A stretch of 63,987 bases of DNA, filler included, from Dirinaria sp. TL-2023a (lineage: Eukaryota), in the NCBI GenBank assembly GCA_051941275.1. It is 5 parts of 5 records of this genome, joined end to end, with 100 filler letters (N's around TTAATTAATTAA, not from the genome) between each part and the next. Parts side by side here need not be neighbours in the genome. Positions count along the whole stretch, not along the records: positions 12,852 to 25,582 come from JAVEBF010000743.1; 4 more parts are not named here. One strand, given 5' to 3'. Shown piece by piece: positions 13,428 to 25,682 of the stretch (its first letter is position 1; the number at the start of each line of letters is the position of its first letter). The notes under the pieces are model-generated. The model ran no database searches, had not been told where the DNA came from, and worked only from the letters and a program-made list of their open reading frames with translations. The translations under genes were made by a program, and so were the position numbers.

Positions 13428-13477
13428 TCTTTGTGGTTGTGGTTGTGGTGTTGTAATTGTTGTTGCTGTTGTTTGTG
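13428..13477. repeat. Degenerate (GTT/GGT)n simple repeat
   Basis: ttgtggttgtggttgtggtgttgtaattgttgttgctgttgtttgtgg. Confidence 0.6.
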
Positions 13478-15941
13478 GAAACAGTAATCAATATTTTCGC
13501 AGACTAATAAGGCCTGCTAATTCCTACGCTAGCGCTCAGATCAAAAGCGTTCTGCCTTGTTGTCGTCTCTCTCTCTCTCTTTTTCCTCTCGCGATAGAAA
13601 GAAAGGGGCTCAAAAAGTTGTTAGCTATGGAACACCGCGGCATAAGTCCTGACTAGCGTCGTGTACGCCAAGACTAGCCGTTCAGGTGGCTACGGGTACT
13701 CCATAGTAGCAAAGTTGGTGCCTTCGGGTGATAATGTTGGGTGGTACCTGGAGCGACTTTCAGTTGACCCTAATACTAGTGGCATAGGATGTGCTAGCCA
13801 GGACTCACTACTCTATGGTGTGGTCTTGGTTGTGACACAGCCGGCTTAGAACCTTGTCTGCCACGTTCTTCTCCGGTAGACTACCTTGGGGTAGTGGAAA
13901 GTGCCAGGGTAGCAGGGTAGCCGAAACTCAGGTACCCGTCAAGGCTGACACCGCAACGCCATAGAAATCTTTTCTTCCCCCAACCTACCGAACCCAGGAA
14001 GAGAGGCGCCCAAGTAAGCCGGGAGGGCTCTTTTCGCCGGCAATTTTCCCCCCTCTGTCTGTGCTTCTCTGCAGTCAGCTGAGGTCATGGTGAACTAGTA
14101 CTGGCTCCCGTCTGCTTCGGGAAAACACTTTCGACCAAGGGACGGAAGCGTGGACCCAGCTGAAGTCCTTTATCGTCATCCTTCCTCAGTCGTGAAACAG
14201 AAGAGGAGTCGGGTAGGTGGATGATGATGAAGAGGGGGATTGGTTGGAGCGGTGTTTCTGTGCTAACATGCTGTTTACGGGCCCCGGCGCACTGGTTAGA
14301 GTTGTTGGCGCTTCTAGGGGGGGGCACGGTTCGCTTGCTCCCACTGAGCTGGAACAGCTACTAGCTAGCTGCGGGGATTACAGTCAGTCACACATGGTGT
14401 GCAACGATCTCGCTCGCGTGAGACGGGATTTGACACTTGGGATTACTCTATACGATCCAGCAAATCAATATTGTTGGTGCTTCGGACATATGAATTGACC
14501 GCGAATCCGTGGCGCTGGCGGTAGCACCAACCATCCTCTGAAGAAGCCGAGAGCCAATGAGATTCAGTTTGGTCTGCCTCAGGTATATAGGCCCCGACGT
14601 CTTGGAGAAAATCACGCATTGTGAGTCAAGTAAAGCAACGAATGTCGTACGCAAATCATAGATCTCCGGTGATCCAGAGAAGGTGCATTCACTTGCCATG
14701 ATATATTGCCACGCTCTTTGCACCAATGCAAACAGAAGTAAAGAATATAACCTATAGATATGACGCTGTTTTTGACAAAACCAATATCGGAGCCGTTGCC
14801 ATTGCTGAGTTTATTTTGGCGACATGTAGCAATTGAACGTAGTAGCCGCGATTGTATGCAGGTAGTCCATCGTTAGAGGCGTGCTGCTAGAGGCTGTTTT
14901 CGAGTACTCCGTAGATATGGGTCATCTGCAGCACGCACGTGTGTGGTCCTTGGAATCAGGATCGACTGACGAATTCCATATTCACGATCATCTTCCATAG
15001 AGACGCAAAGCAACGCGGTCTTGCTCGAAGTAGTTACGGGATGCTTCACTGCTTGTTCAAAGGCCCGATTGCTATATCTAAGGTGCTGTAGGTGATGCTA
15101 TTCCGGCATTCAGCCGCTCTGAATCAGCTGGAGTAGTCTGGATTACGGATCATGTTGGCAAACCATGCACGCTGAATATACAAATGATGACAATTACCGA
15201 ACGTTGACCACCTTATAATCATATTTTAAACCGAAATAGCTGTAGATATATCGAGAGCAGGATGATCAAAGGAGTAGCAACCCTTAGCAAACTTCATGCC
15301 TTTGCTTAGCATTGTGACAAGCGCTGAATGAAGCAGCGAGGGTCCTGAGATTGAAAGTTTAGCTCACTCATTAATGCGAACGAGAAACCGGCTCGAAAAG
15401 GTACTGGGACATTCGTGGACTTCCGTGGGATGAATTGGATGCGCAATGAGGCTCTATGAATATTCCATTCGGCTTTGCTTTGTGAAATGGTCTCGCTTCC
15501 CCTAATTTGGCGGTCCCGGCTCAGCAATGCACTGTTGCTAAATAATGTGAGGCTGTAGAGACACACTGACATTGCCGTATTCATGAGCATGTACTATCAC
15601 ACTTCCTAAAAAGATTGATGGTTCGACCTCTGAGCCAAGCCAGGCTAACGTGGATGATGGTCTTACAAGACGGACAAGAAGCCCCGAATGGGTCTTTCAA
15701 TGCTTGCTTGAGTGTCAGGTCAAGGAAAGGGAAGAAAATGTATCATCCTGTTTCCAACATGTTCTCGTAAAGACTTCGTTCTCGCAACAAGCGCCGAACG
15801 TGAAGACCGCGGTGCAAATCATAAGCAGAAACAACAGTGCAAGAGTCCAGAAATGTCACAAAGGCTTTGGAATGGAGCACCACGCGCCACGCCATGCTGA
15901 GAGGAAGTGCGCAAACAGAGGACGATGAGCAAGGCATGCGG

Positions 15942-16664
15942 TCAGCTGGCTTTTTGATGTATCCTTCGAACGTGGTCCCTCATATTGTCGACCCTGCTGA
16001 AAACTCGTTCGCACCCTTCCCATTGACAGGGTATGCCAGGTTTATGCTTATGTTCGTGGCGATCTCGATCCTTCTTGCTAGAGAAGCCACCTTCGGTGGA
16101 CTGAGGGCATTCTTCATGTCGGCAGAAGAGTGATTTCGTATGACGCCGATAATGCTTCCGTAGGTCACATCCTCGGGTGAAAACCAATGACGACGTACAC
16201 CCGGGGTGTTTACACCGCCAACTACGGCCGTCCGGAAGCGGATAGCCAAAGTTATGCAGTTCTGCTGGGTTAGGAGAAGACGAGCGCGAGTAGTCTGAGC
16301 CTGATGTTGCTCGAGAGCGTGACCCGTGGGGTTCTTCTGGATGGAGTGATCTCCAGGACTGACTGGGCCAATTATTCGTTCCTGAAGAGGGCGTGGCATA
16401 AGGCGACGACGGCAAGACTGGCGTATGCTGCATGTTCGCGTAAGGAGACATGGCCGCTGGAGCATAAGTTGATGACCACCCCGGCGGCTGGATGTAAGGC
16501 ACTCCAGCTCGATCCGGCAAAGGGTATCCACCGCTGGAAGTCTGCGGGTACCGTCGCCGAGCCTGCTGCTGATCGTGCATCATGGCCTCGTAGAAGAGTC
16601 TTTGCGCCTCAGCTTCTTCTCCTTCAAGAGCTCGTTCCGCCTCTGACGAAAGAAAACCCGACAT
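15942..16664 (-). CDS. C2H2 zinc-finger transcription factor (three fingers)
   Basis: 240-aa intronless ORF. Fingers: CKHPGC...FTRGCDLRKHYRRH, CRHEEC...FSSKKDRDRHEHKH, CQWEGCERVFSRVDNMRDHVRRIH. S/P-rich N-terminal region. Confidence 0.9.
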   Translation of the reverse strand: MSGFLSSEAERALEGEEAEAQRLFYEAMMHDQQQARRRYPQTSSGGYPLPDRAGVPYIQPPGWSSTYAPAAMSPYANMQHTPVLPSSPYATPSSGTNNWPSQSWRSLHPEEPHGSRSRATSGSDYSRSSSPNPAELHNFGYPLPDGRSWRCKHPGCTSSLVFTRGCDLRKHYRRHTKSLFCRHEECPQSTEGGFSSKKDRDRHEHKHKPGIPCQWEGCERVFSRVDNMRDHVRRIHQKAS

Positions 16665-18921
16665 ATTTGACTAGAGGAACCAGATCCGAAAGGTGGCAAA
16701 GGAATCTGAGGAACTCGGGTCGGACTAAATCGAAGGTTTGTTCAGCAGGCGGGGGCGCCGAACAGGGGTCCAAGTGTCGATTATGAGATGATGAGGAAGG
16801 CATAAGAAACATTATCAACCATCAGACTCTCGCAACAGACACGCCATGTGACTTATAGATATAGAAGAAAGATATGGCGCACAGTATCCTCTCACTCCAG
16901 GAGGATCACGGTGGAGTCTGGTGTAGCAACTTTGAGAAGGGTTGGAGTCATTCTCACCAACATGACGTCGGGCGTCCAACGAACCCTGTCTGCTGAATAG
17001 AACGTGCCACACCTATCATTTTGCTGCCGTTTGGCCTGGCCCGAGTATCAGAGCTGAAAAGCTCTGATCATCAACCCGACCAGATCCAATCAGAAAAAGC
17101 CAGCTTTGTTCTGGTGTCCTAACTCCGACTATGGGTGCCGTAAAGTAGCGATGTAGACTTCGACCGCGACGGCTAGTGAAGCTCACATAGCCTCAATATA
17201 CAAATGATGTTGAAATAACATTGACATTAACACTATGGAGGCTTGGTTCGATCTTGCAGAGGGCGCAGCCCGGTCTTGTTCTTCCTCAGGTACGGTAGGG
17301 CAGATGTGTTTCACGCGTGGATCAGCCGCTATACGAGGGACTACAGAGATAGTCTAAATGAGAGGCTAGTTTGTTAACACCAGGCTGACCACCTCTCGGT
17401 CCATTTACTCTTCGAGTTTGGGCGGCGAGAAAAGCAGTCGCAGTGAGGTACCTCCTGGATTGATGGTATACCTATTAGCAGCAGAGCGCTACAGACACGG
17501 CGGAATCTCGAAGGCGGCGGTCAAAAGACTATCGATCAGGAGTATATGAAGCGGTTTCCGCTGTCAGCATTGCATCCCCGGCACCAAGAGAACGATGATT
17601 CCACGCACAGAGCATGCAGCCCTGCGGTAGACTGGCAATACTAGCACTCCAAGATTATCTCCCTCCAATACCAATCCATAGACGGAACGTCAGGTCTAAC
17701 GTTAGCTATTGTGCACGTTGGCATATATGGCGGGCAATAAAATTGAGCCAGGCATCACCTGCATACCTCGGAGCCTTGCGTTCCCATGGCATGGTTGGAT
17801 TCGTGGCCATGGTCCCGATCTTCGACGTTCGCAACACGACATCAAACGTTAGCGAAGACGACGTTTTCGTCAGACCCACCAGTCAATGGCCCTTCGATGG
17901 GTTCTGGAAAGCCTTGAAAACAGCCGCAACGATGGCCAGATAGGAAGTTGAAGCCTGGCTCGCTTACCTGGCCATCTGAATGTAGCTTACTGGATGGTTG
18001 GGCCGTGGGGTCTAGGGAATCATATGGAAGGGAGACCAGGATAGGATACCTGACCTTTAGGTTGCTCGTCATATTTCCGATAGAATTGGCGCTAGTACTG
18101 GCGCGTCTAGGGATCTCGGCTTCCGCTCCCGCGGAGAGAGAGAGCTGAAGGGTCTCCGACCAATCAAACCAAAGGCATTCCCAAGTGGCCCTGCCTCAGG
18201 CGATGGTCGAGACAATAACGTTGCAATCTGCTTGGCCATGAGGAGTACAGTATTATTGATTGCAGAGGCTTAGCCGGCCAAGGGATCAATCCGATCGTTA
18301 TTATTATTGCAGAGGGTCCATTACTCCATTTCAACCTGACTCAGCTGCGGAGTACTAGAGCAATAGAATAATCCGTGCTACTACTGCGTGGCTCACCAGT
18401 CACCACTTTAGATTATTATTGCGGCTCCTGCTACTCTGCCTGACTTGACCTTTACTCAGCACCAAGCACTACTAGTCCTGTAGGCGGGAAAAGCAAGCGC
18501 CTCTTGGCTTCTTCTACCTTATCCGACATTCTTATCCAAGTTTTAATAATCTTGCGGGTACAATAATAATCATAATAATGTCACAATGGATTCAGATGGC
18601 AGCGCACTCTTCACTGGCTCGTAGTACTATACGTTCCTTCGACGTTGATTTTTGATTTCAAATAAATTCGGGTTCTGCATACCCTGGCAACGAAAAGTAA
18701 GATTGTCCGCTGCGCAATGGGAGGCCTTACAGAAGTGGCGTGGAAAAGCTGCGAGGCGTGGACTCATACAGTAGGGTGTCTCGGTGTCAATCGAGAGAAT
18801 TGCAGAAGCGCTTACGCTGCGGCCTACGAGTCTTCCCATGATTGACGTAGCCGGTCAGTCGTCGTCTTTTGCTGAGCGCGGCCTTTCCCCTTTCCCTGGC
18901 CACGTTGACTGGAATGACTCT

Positions 18922-21793
18922 TCACCCTTTCCCGACCCCCCACTTACCAACCTCGACGGGTGCTTCACTCAGTATCTCGATTTCGACGCTCTCATCGTCT
19001 GGCTGCAGTTCCGGCCGACCTAGTCTTGCTATCACAATCCAGAGTCCTCTTTGCCCACACATGCGGGGCTGGAGGTCCACGTCTTCGGTTCTGACCCCGG
19101 ATTGACCGTCGCGAAACTCATCGTTACCGCTGACTGAAAGCACTTGCTTCGTCGGTCCTTGGCCGTATTCCAAAGAGAGTTTGATGGGAGAACGAGAGCG
19201 AGGTCCCAAGCTGGTGCTGTTGTGATTCGATTTGGCAGTCATGCACAGTCGTGTGACTCGCCGAAGTGTCAACGGAGCCAACAGGCGATCGCTTTCGCGA
19301 GGGAAGAAAGCCAAGTCGAGTCTTGAAACAAGCCGTCCAGCTTCACGGGCTGGCACGCGATGAAGGACGACCTTGGACAGACTCGCGACACGAAGACTGA
19401 ACCTTCCAAATTGGCCGCTTTCAAAAGTCGAGCAAACAGCTGTGTAAGTCCCAGCGTCGACATTGGCCATCTCTGCGAAGGCATATCCGTTTCTGTATTC
19501 GCCGCTATCGCCCACAACGTCACGGCTTTTGATCGATGTTACTCCTTTCCCTTGGGACCAAACCAGATTGACATGTACCGCGTAATTGGCGTTTTCGGAT
19601 TCCAACAGCAGCGATATGTCTGATGTTTCCTGTAGCTGGATTCGGAATTGTGGATTGGTATGATAGATTGAGCTACTGGCATTGCCTCCAGCGCTCGAGT
19701 ATGTCCACGTGCCGCACTGGGAGACAACGTGAGGGTACGCTTCTATGGCTTGCTGGACTATTACTGGACTAATCGAAAATGCTGAGAGGGTGAAGTGGTA
19801 TACAGACCTCGCGAGGTCCTGCTCTGAGACCACGACGGTATACGCGGTGTTGCAAGGCATATCTAACTTTACAAGTGTGTTCGGTGAGTCAACGTACGGG
19901 CCACGCATCAACGCTCCATCACTCAGGACGACTCTCTCACCCTGGTTGGCATAGACGTATAGACCGATAAACCCACTTTCTTCTGGCTCATCTTGAACCT
20001 CTTTCTCGATATCGTTTCTTCGGTACTGCTTTCGAGACTTGAAATGCCTACTCAAAAGAAGCCACACCGTTCCCCCTGATTTACTCCTAACCTCGTACTG
20101 TGGATTAGACACGAAGGATCCTGCAGGACTGATCGATGCAGTAAGATTCCAGGCAAAATGGCTATCCTCTCTGTGGGGAAACAGTGCAGGGTTCCAATTC
20201 AGATATATAGATTCGAAGCTTTGAAAGACATCATTGAGATCCATCCAAAAGGTCCCTGGCAATAATGGATCGGGTTTTTCCGTTCTGACAGCGTCACCTC
20301 TCGTTGTCTGTTGACGATCTAGTGCTAAAGAACTTGAACCGTAATATGCACTTCCTTTCCATATAGTACCTTTTGACCAAGGGTTTTTGATGAGCAATAA
20401 TCGCTGTCGGCCGACTTCCTTCAAGGAGAGGACAGCATAGTCATGCTGTCCTATCAATCCCATCCCATCTTCCTCGTACTCCGTTAGCTTTCCAGTGCCC
20501 ATAGTGATAAGTAGATCTCCATAGTTAAAGGCTTTGAAAACCCTGTTCCAGAGCGCATCTCGGCAAATCTCATCACTGATGAAGGATTGTCAACGACCTC
20601 TTGCGTTACCGGTGTTTATTTGATTCCTCACGTACCTCTGGAGGAACAGTTGTTCTGGAATCCAGCTAGTTAGAATCCAGATGTCTGTTCCAGAATTGCT
20701 TCCAGGGAAATCATAGCCGCCTCTTACTTTGAGGTAGGCTTTTTCGATCAAGGCTGGCCAGAGCAATGCAGGATTATTTCGATCAATAACGTGCAATGAG
20801 CGTCCTGTACGCGAGCTCGGGAGCCGGTCATCAATAGTGACTTTGCGGTAGCAGCCATTAAAATATAGCCTAAAAACATACTTTCCGTTGCGCGATAAAC
20901 CGGGGCACTTTGCCTCTGTGTCGTACGGGTACATTATTGATGAGATCATCTGGCAATCTATAAGCAGTGAAGCAGCTCCACATGTTACAAGGCCTGTACT
21001 CTAGGATGCCCACGCTCGGCTCTGGCGGTACCAGCACAGAGACTTGCAACGACCGAACAATCGGTAGTGACGTCTTGAACCAGATCGACCGCTGCACAGG
21101 CACTCATTTGCGGTCCAAGTTGGGACGTGGTTTTAGAGGTTGGAGATACTGCCGATGAGAACATCTCGTTGGGCCGACGCCAGCCTTCCAAGATTTCTAG
21201 CTGTTGGTCAGATAGCCGGAATTCTGTATTATCGCTGAGATAGTCAATCGATGTAATGCAAATTTTCTACCATTATTTTCACTTACATGAACAAAGCCTG
21301 CCCATGGGGCATGTCGAACTCCAACGGGTCTGGAGGAGACGACCAAGGAGGGAAAATCGATCCATTTAGCCTTGACCCCTCGTATAAGATTATCTGCTCT
21401 CGCGTCGTGCAGGGACGATTTGGGGTAGGCTCTTTGAGTTTGTAAGGGTTGGCAATGGTGGTAGAGACATCTTTGTGTTGTTCCTGCCTTGGCGACGATT
21501 TGGCTTCGTTCCTCAGACTTTCTGCTCGCTCCAGCAGCGAACGACATTCTGAGCTAAGGCTTTTCTTTTCATCTTGTACGGTTGTTAAGTGTAGAGCTTG
21601 CATACATAGCTCTGCAGCAGTTACCGTTGCTGCGAGGGCGTCATTCTCGGACTGGGCTTGCGCCGCGCTTGACTTCGCTTCCTATTCAAATAACTGCCTT
21701 AAGCACAAGGTCACTGACTCAGCCTAAGATGGATACACTCACTTCTATTCGGCATTTCAAAAGTCGTAATTGGTCGGATTCCAGGAATGCCAT
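18922..21793 (-). CDS. palB: Calpain-like cysteine protease PalB/Rim13 (ambient pH signalling)
   Basis: Multi-exon; first exon MAFLESDQLRLLKCRIE, first intron 21682-21742. MIT-like N-terminus. Catalytic Cys in QDVTTDCSVVASL, His in HDYAVL, Asn in KNPW. Also LWPALIEKAYLKVRGGYDFPGSNS and calpain III-like repeats (SAGGN...NPQF). Confidence 0.93.
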
Positions 21794-22065
21794 AGCCCAT
21801 GATTTACTCCGCAGTCGGTTGGTTCTCTCGGCATTACATTGTTCCTTGCCAGACTTCAATATCCCGCCAAAAGTACTGTAGATACCTCGGCTGGAGCCGG
21901 AGCCGAGGCCGATCAAAGAATGATACTGTACTTCGGAAAAAATCAGCGCTGCTCTGGGTGTCTGTGGCTGTATTCCAACTCTCCTCACCTACCCAGATCT
22001 TTGCCGAGCCATCTATCTCAATCTTTGAGCTTCAAAACGATAGGTTGAAGTATTTCAATAATTCG

Positions 22066-23247
22066 ATGGCATCAAAAGCTGGTCAACCTCCTCTACCCCC
22101 TTCGGGATATGCTCTTGCTGGAGCAAGCGGGGCTTTTCTAGCCAACGCGATTGTATATCCCTTAGACATGTAGGTAAGCAAAACCTAGGTGCCCTTCCAA
22201 TCTGCTAAAACAAATGCAGAGTCAAGACTCGATTGCAAGTGCAAGTGAAGCGCGGGCCAGCAGACGAACCATTGTCTACTACCAACACACATTATGCATC
22301 CACTGTCGATGCAATACGCAAGATAGTCCAAGATGAAGGTTTACTAGGCTTGTATTCGGGAATCAATGGATCGTTGATCGGTGTCGTATCTACCAATTTT
22401 GCCTACTTCTACTGGTATTCTGTCGTCAGAGGTCTATATATTTCGTCACAAGATATAGCAAAGCCCCTAGGCACGGCGACAGAGCTATCTCTGGGTGCTG
22501 TGGCGGGTGCTGTTGCTCAAGTCTTCACCATACCTGTCTCCGTGATTACAACTCGCCAGCAGACGCAACCGAAAGGCGACAAGAAGGGTCTCATGGACAC
22601 TGGCCGGGAAGTAGTACACAGTGAGGATGGGTGGACCGGCCTTTGGAGAGGTTTGAAGGCTAGCTTGGTGCTGGTTGTCAACCCTTCGATTACCTACGGT
22701 GCATACCAGAGATTAAGGGTTGTGTTTTTTCCCAGGAAGGCCAGCCTCCGGCCATGGCAAGCATTCTGTGGGTTGCATAAGGTAACGTCCTCTTAGAACA
22801 TTGGCTTATGGATGCAGTCCTAGGTGCACTGTCTAAGGCCCTCGCGACAATTGTAACCCAACCTTTGATCGTCGCCAAAGTAGGTCTCCAGTCACGTCCG
22901 CCTCCAGCGAGACAAGGAAAGCCGTTTAAGAGCTTTGTGGAAGTCATGTCATACATATCTGAACATGAAGGTCCCCTGGCGCTCTTCAAGGGTATTATAC
23001 CGCAGATTACAAAGGGAATACTTGTCCAGGGAATACTGATGATGACAAAAGAAAGGTGTGGCTCCAGATACCCAAGCTAGTACCATATCTAACCGGTGAT
23101 AGGATGGAATTGCTGTTTGTCATTTTATTCGCCTATATGCGCAAAATGAAGTCCGAGAAGCTTCGAAAGGTCGCCGAGGCGGCTGCTGCGCAGGCCAAGC
23201 AAGTCACCGACCAAGCAAAGCAAACAGTGCCTATGCTTACCAAATAA
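22066..23247 (+). CDS. ANT1: Peroxisomal adenine nucleotide transporter (mitochondrial carrier family)
   Basis: Four exons with carrier signatures: YPLD-VKTRLQ, GLLGLYSG, TIPVSVITTRQQT, GWTGLWRGLKASLVLVVNPSITYG, TQPLIVAKVGLQS. Introns near 22170-22219, 22768-22817 and 23056-23102. Confidence 0.9.
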
Positions 23248-23716
23248 TGAATCACAAGATAGTAGGTTTTGAATATGTAGATATCGATATCTAAATTGTA
23301 CATATTTGGGACATTGATATATTTGTACGCAACGTTGCCCATGCGACTTTGGCGCCTTCGCTAGGTACCTTAGGCTCTTGATAGAAGTTCTTGATAAGTG
23401 AGGTTTGCGAGCTTGAATTGCCTCATGTTGGATCACAGCTGAGTACCAGCAGTGCTGGTGTGACGTCAAATTGCGAGTTTGATATGAGACTGTGAAGGTC
23501 CTTGGATCAGCGGTGCTTCGGCCCGGTAACCCTGGGCCCGGCGTTAACCCAAAATTTGGCGCTTACCTTAGTAGTTTAGCGCCTTGTGGCATCACCGAGT
23601 TCGCTTAGGAATTTTGAATTGAGCCTCAAACGCACAGCTGCGTATCTCCAATCCTCACACGAAATTCGGTTGCCCGCTTCACCTGACTCGACGGTCGCGA
23701 CGCCAAAACCTATAAA

Positions 23717-24150
23717 ATGGCCAGTACGTGCAGTTCAAGACTTGTTCTCTGTGTTGCGGATAGCCGGAGCTAACAACCTGCCTCCTCAGAATCAAAGAAC
23801 TCATCCCAACATAATCAGAACAAGAAGGCTCACCGAAATGGGTATGAAGACTATTCGCCCACTTTTCCGACGTTTATGCGCTTCTTAAAAAAGTCATGTC
23901 ACTAGGTTAGGATATACATGCTAATATCTTCTGCGCGTTGACAGCATCAAGAAGCCTAAAACCCATCGCTATCCCTCCCTCAAAGGCACCGATCCTAAAT
24001 TTCGAAGAAACCATAGGCATGCTCTACATGGGACGATGAAGGCTTTGGTACGTACCCTGCGCATCCTAGGATCAATGATTATCTCTAAAGTGCATGGGCT
24101 TATTTGGCAAATAGAAAGAGGTTGCGGAAGGGAAGAGAGATGCTGCATAG
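23717..24150 (+). CDS. RPL29: 60S ribosomal protein L29 (eL29)
   Basis: Four exons, with a 7-nt first coding exon (ATGGCCA|GTACGT). Spliced product [65 protein letters not shown]. Not recovered as a single ORF in the ORF track. Confidence 0.96.
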
Positions 24151-25582
24151 GAAGGATTACTGTACTGGATCAATTGCTCAATAGGAATCTGCTTCAGCTG
24201 GCAAGATAGCGAATCTATGTTCTGAAATCCACATGCAACCCGATCTTGAGTCTGTCCAACAGCGATTACAGAGCCAACATGGACATCAATACTATCATCG
24301 AGTGAATCTCGTCAACATTGGCTGTTGCTTATCAAAGTGGAAATCGAATGGCATTTGTGTGTACAGTCCCGGTTGCTCTTCTCATGCCCGGCTACTGAAG
24401 GATGATTTGAACATGCCAAGAGATACTACCAGACCTGTTTCATTACCAAACACCCTCTCTCTTATCTACCAATAGGCAGTGGGTGTATGGAGAAAGGGTT
24501 ACATATCTCAATTCGGAAAAATTCTGATACGATCCAATTACAAACAGCCATCTGAGCGACAAACCTTCCCAGTTCATGATTATCAAAAAGGTGAGTCAGC
24601 GTGGTGAGTTCTCATATGTTGATTCGCGGACCATTGCTCTTTCTCGATACTACTACCGACACACGCTCCCTCATCCATTCTGAGAAATGTGTCATACTAG
24701 ATACTGCTGCTGTATGCATCCAAGATACTGAATCCAGAACGCGGCTTAATGGCTGTTTCCTCAAGTATATCAGAACAGCAACAGATACAAATCCATACCC
24801 CCCAGTATATTTTTCGAACAACAAAAAAGCGTTTCAACACCCTAGGACCACGCATTTACTTATTATCAACACCCATCTCACTGATTTTTTCAGGCAATCA
24901 TCAAATGAATTATTTCATGAGGAACAGACGTCGCCAGCAGAAATGGCAAACAACGCCAGCGGAGGCACGATGCTTCTCAAAGTCGCCGAACTTTGATCAA
25001 GCTGGGAAGACTTCCTCTGAGCTTCCTTGTTGGTCTCCAGAGACGGGATTCCTATACCTAGACGCCACCAAGAACCAGGGAAAAAGAACGGCAGAACCTT
25101 TTTTTGCTCCAGATATTAAAACCACGGCGTAGGTGCATTTGGGATATGTGGCTTGCTCGGGGTTTGATATTGGGACGAATGAATGAATGAATGTTCGTTC
25201 TTTCAGAGAAGGGTCCATCGTTGCGGGAGCCTAAGTGGTTATGTTTGGCGTTATTGAAAATGAACGAATTCGCTAAACATGAAAGTCGTCGTTTATCATA
25301 CCAGTAGTGAAGTAGAGAGATACCTTAGTAAGGCAGAACAAATATTTAGGGCTAAAAGCTATTCAGCCCTAAGTTTTGCATCGTACCTGCATTAGGGGTA
25401 CGAGTACTCCGCAAAGGCGTACCTTAGCTTAGCACGCATCTCGAGTCAAACTCTGAAAATATATCAGAAAAGAGTGCCAATTGCAATCCAATCGTGTGAC
25501 AGGTTGCGTAAATTACCTTTTTCAAAGACAGCATTAGCAGCAGCAGCAAAAAAACCCACACACCCCTTTTTCAACCCACCCC

Positions 25583-25682
25583 NNNNNNNNNNNNNNNNNN
25601 NNNNNNNNNNNNNNNNNNNNNNNNNNTTAATTAATTAANNNNNNNNNNNNNNNNNNNNNNNNNNNNNNNNNNNNNNNNNNNN
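25583..25682. other. Artificial contig-joining spacer
   Basis: N run with TTAATTAATTAA. Confidence 0.98.

Noticed and set aside
15980..16786. Overlapping 183-aa and 160-aa ORFs
   Set aside because: Shadow frames of the C2H2 gene.
24560..25220. Overlapping ~130-aa ORFs downstream of RPL29
   Set aside because: No recognisable domain, and I could not build a consistent exon structure.
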